From Azolla caroliniana (taxonomy: Eukaryota; Plantae; Polypodiophyta), in contig JBHGNT010001209.1 of assembly GCA_043228905.1 (NCBI GenBank), positions 1-10,964 on the forward strand: 10,964 nucleotides of DNA. Direction: 5' to 3'. The translations under genes were made by a program, and so were the position numbers. Numbering within the stretch: position 1 is the first letter of the stretch; the number at the start of each line of letters is the position of its first letter. This document shows, one piece after another, positions 9,607 to 10,964 of the stretch. A model generated the notes under the pieces. It had not been told where the DNA came from. It searched no databases and worked only from the letters and a program-made list of their open reading frames with translations.

Positions 9607-10115
9607 TGTTGAGCGGACAAGCTCAACCGGATCCAGATCGGCTGAATAAGCTTGAGCCGGATCAGTATCTGGAATGAAGAACCAGATCGGTATTCGGAAA
9701 GAAGAACCGGATCGGTGTCTGGAACAAAGAACTGGATCAGTGTCTGGATCGTATCCAGAAGCTGAAGCCGGACCAGATCGTACTCTGGAATAGTGTGAAC
9801 CGGTAGGCCGTTGGGGGTCTACGGTCTAAGCCTCGTACATAGGCATATTCCTTGGAGTGAGTGTAGAGGCTCATTTATGAGCATCCAAGTACTTATGGTA
9901 CTTGTGTCAGTCCGTGTAAGGACTTGTATAAAAGTGCTCTTTGAGTACACTCTATGTACAAAGTGTTATTATTTTTGAATTGAGTTTCGTTCTGCTCTCT
10001 CTGTCTCTCCCATGTATTCTATGTGTGATTCAAGCTTCCATTAAACCTTGTTTCTGTTTTCTGTTGGTAACCGCCTGAGCCGGTTTGTCTACGCTTCCGC
10101 ACATAATTCTTTACA
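9607..10115 (+). mobile_element. Solo LTR (509 bp, Copia-related) with 5-bp TSD ATAAA
   Basis: TGTTGAGC...CTTTACA flanked by ATAAA at 9602-9606 and 10116-10120. TATAAAAG at 9927. Its 3' end (CTGAGCCGGTTTGTCTACGCTTCCGCACAT) matches the PBS-anchored end of LTR 5354-5800. No PBS or PPT adjacent. Confidence 0.92.
9654..9748 (+). repeat. 25-bp tandem repeat (~4 copies) in the solo LTR U3
   Basis: Units start at 9654, 9679, 9704 and 9729; consensus approximately GAACCGGATCRGTRTCTGGAANRAA. Confidence 0.85.
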
Positions 10116-10279
10116 ATAAACATCTATCTATCTCATCAACTAAAACTTGTAGCACAAGCTAACATCGAAATGGAAAGTGTAGACCCATGATATCTTCATT
10201 ATTTGTAAGACTTAATAACCTCACCAAAAGAGAATGAGTAACAATACCAAACAACCAAAAACTAAGCATGCCCAGTGTC

Positions 10280-10352
10280 ATGATATGGCAAGACTCGAAC
10301 CCATGACCTTATGTTATATGGGTCGAGCTCTTGACCATTATACCATCTATTG
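10280..10352 (-). other. Degenerate tRNA-like sequence (tRNA-derived SINE head or tRNA pseudogene)
   Basis: Minus-strand A-box TGGTATAATGG (10345-10335) and B-box GGTTCGAGTCT (10301-10291), 33 nt apart. Stems pair poorly, so it is not a functional tRNA. Confidence 0.55.
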
Positions 10353-10571
10353 TAATATGTAAGATATTATTTTCATTTAAGTTTTATTATAGGAAATTAA
10401 TGTATATTCCAGATTTCTCTGGAACATTCTATAAGCTTCAGGATTACTCCCGAGAACACTATAAAAGAAGGCACTAGGCATTATTTTGAACCAAATTGGT
10501 TCAACGCCAGTCTTAAGCCTCATAGCCATCTTGTACTTACTCTTCCTATAATATATCATCTGTTATCATCA

Positions 10572-10597
<26 letters not shown>
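10572..10597. repeat. (TC)13 microsatellite at the start of a pyrimidine-rich tract
   Basis: Direct reading; CT-rich sequence continues to ~10618. Confidence 0.95.
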
Positions 10598-10602
<5 letters not shown>

Positions 10603-10778
10603 CTCCTTTCTCTCTCTCGGGAGTCTTATGCAGTCTCGTCCTCTTAGTACTAATAGTACTTCACTTCTCTAGTACTAATTCTCTCTTTGTTTTAGTACTA
10701 TTCCTGACAGTTTGAACCAATTTGGTCTCTCTAGTGTTTCTTTTGGTTTCCCTCATCCTCTTATCCTTTTTCTATACA

Positions 10779-10952
10779 ATGGCTTCTGTTAGCGCCCAAG
10801 AATACCAATCCGTTTTCTCCGAGCTACAGTGTCTAAAAGAAAAATTTGTTGCCTTGGAACAAGAAAACCAACGATTGTTAGGGGATTGTCACGGACACAC
10901 CAAGCGCAGACTAAGACGGAGCACGGATGATGAGGCTATGACGGAGCAATAA
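10779..10952 (+). CDS. Short 57-aa ORF with coiled-coil character; possibly the N-terminus of a disrupted LINE ORF1 or other TE protein
   Basis: ATG in strong plant context (ACAATGGC) after a CT-rich leader. Heptad-like FSELQCLKEKFVALEQENQRLL. The frame continues HEEL after TAA to the window edge. Confidence 0.35.
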   Translation: MASVSAQEYQSVFSELQCLKEKFVALEQENQRLLGDCHGHTKRRLRRSTDDEAMTEQ

Positions 10953-10964
10953 CACGAGGAACTT

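Noticed and set aside
6424-9662. Inverted ~56-bp repeats (6424-6479 and 9607-9662) flanking the plus Copia, resembling TIRs of a composite DNA transposon
   Set aside because: They are the 5' ends of two independent LTR insertions in opposite orientation; the right one has its own ATAAA TSD.
9654-9748. GAA-rich repeats as heat-shock elements (ONSEN-like)
   Set aside because: They lack the alternating nGAAnnTTCn spacing of canonical HSEs.
10280-10352. Functional tRNA gene
   Set aside because: Acceptor, anticodon and T stems do not pair adequately; kept only as a tRNA-like relic.

Overview
This is eukaryotic, plant-type heterochromatin (a seed-free plant such as a fern is a weak guess) made almost entirely of nested LTR retrotransposons. 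Left to right: (1) the 3' end of an intact, GC-rich Ty3/Gypsy element (integrase, PPT, 773-bp 3' LTR 1459-2231); (2) a minus-strand Ty1/Copia (2232-5800) whose RT is cut by the Gypsy exactly at the QMDV motif, with a tRNA-iMet PBS and a 5' LTR; (3) a plus-strand LTR fragment (5801-6262); (4) the 5' part of another LTR on the minus strand (6263-6479); (5) a decayed Tnt1/Tork-like Copia lacking its integrase (6480-~9400); (6) a solo LTR (9607-10115) with a perfect ATAAA target-site duplication; (7) a degenerate tRNA/SINE-like Pol III head; and (8) a CT-rich leader with four TAGTACT motifs before a short coiled-coil ORF. The junctions imply a five-level nest. I see no host gene with confidence and no clearly new biological system. 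The most notable points are the nesting order, a 5'-terminal hairpin shared by three related LTRs, and in-frame domain deletions.
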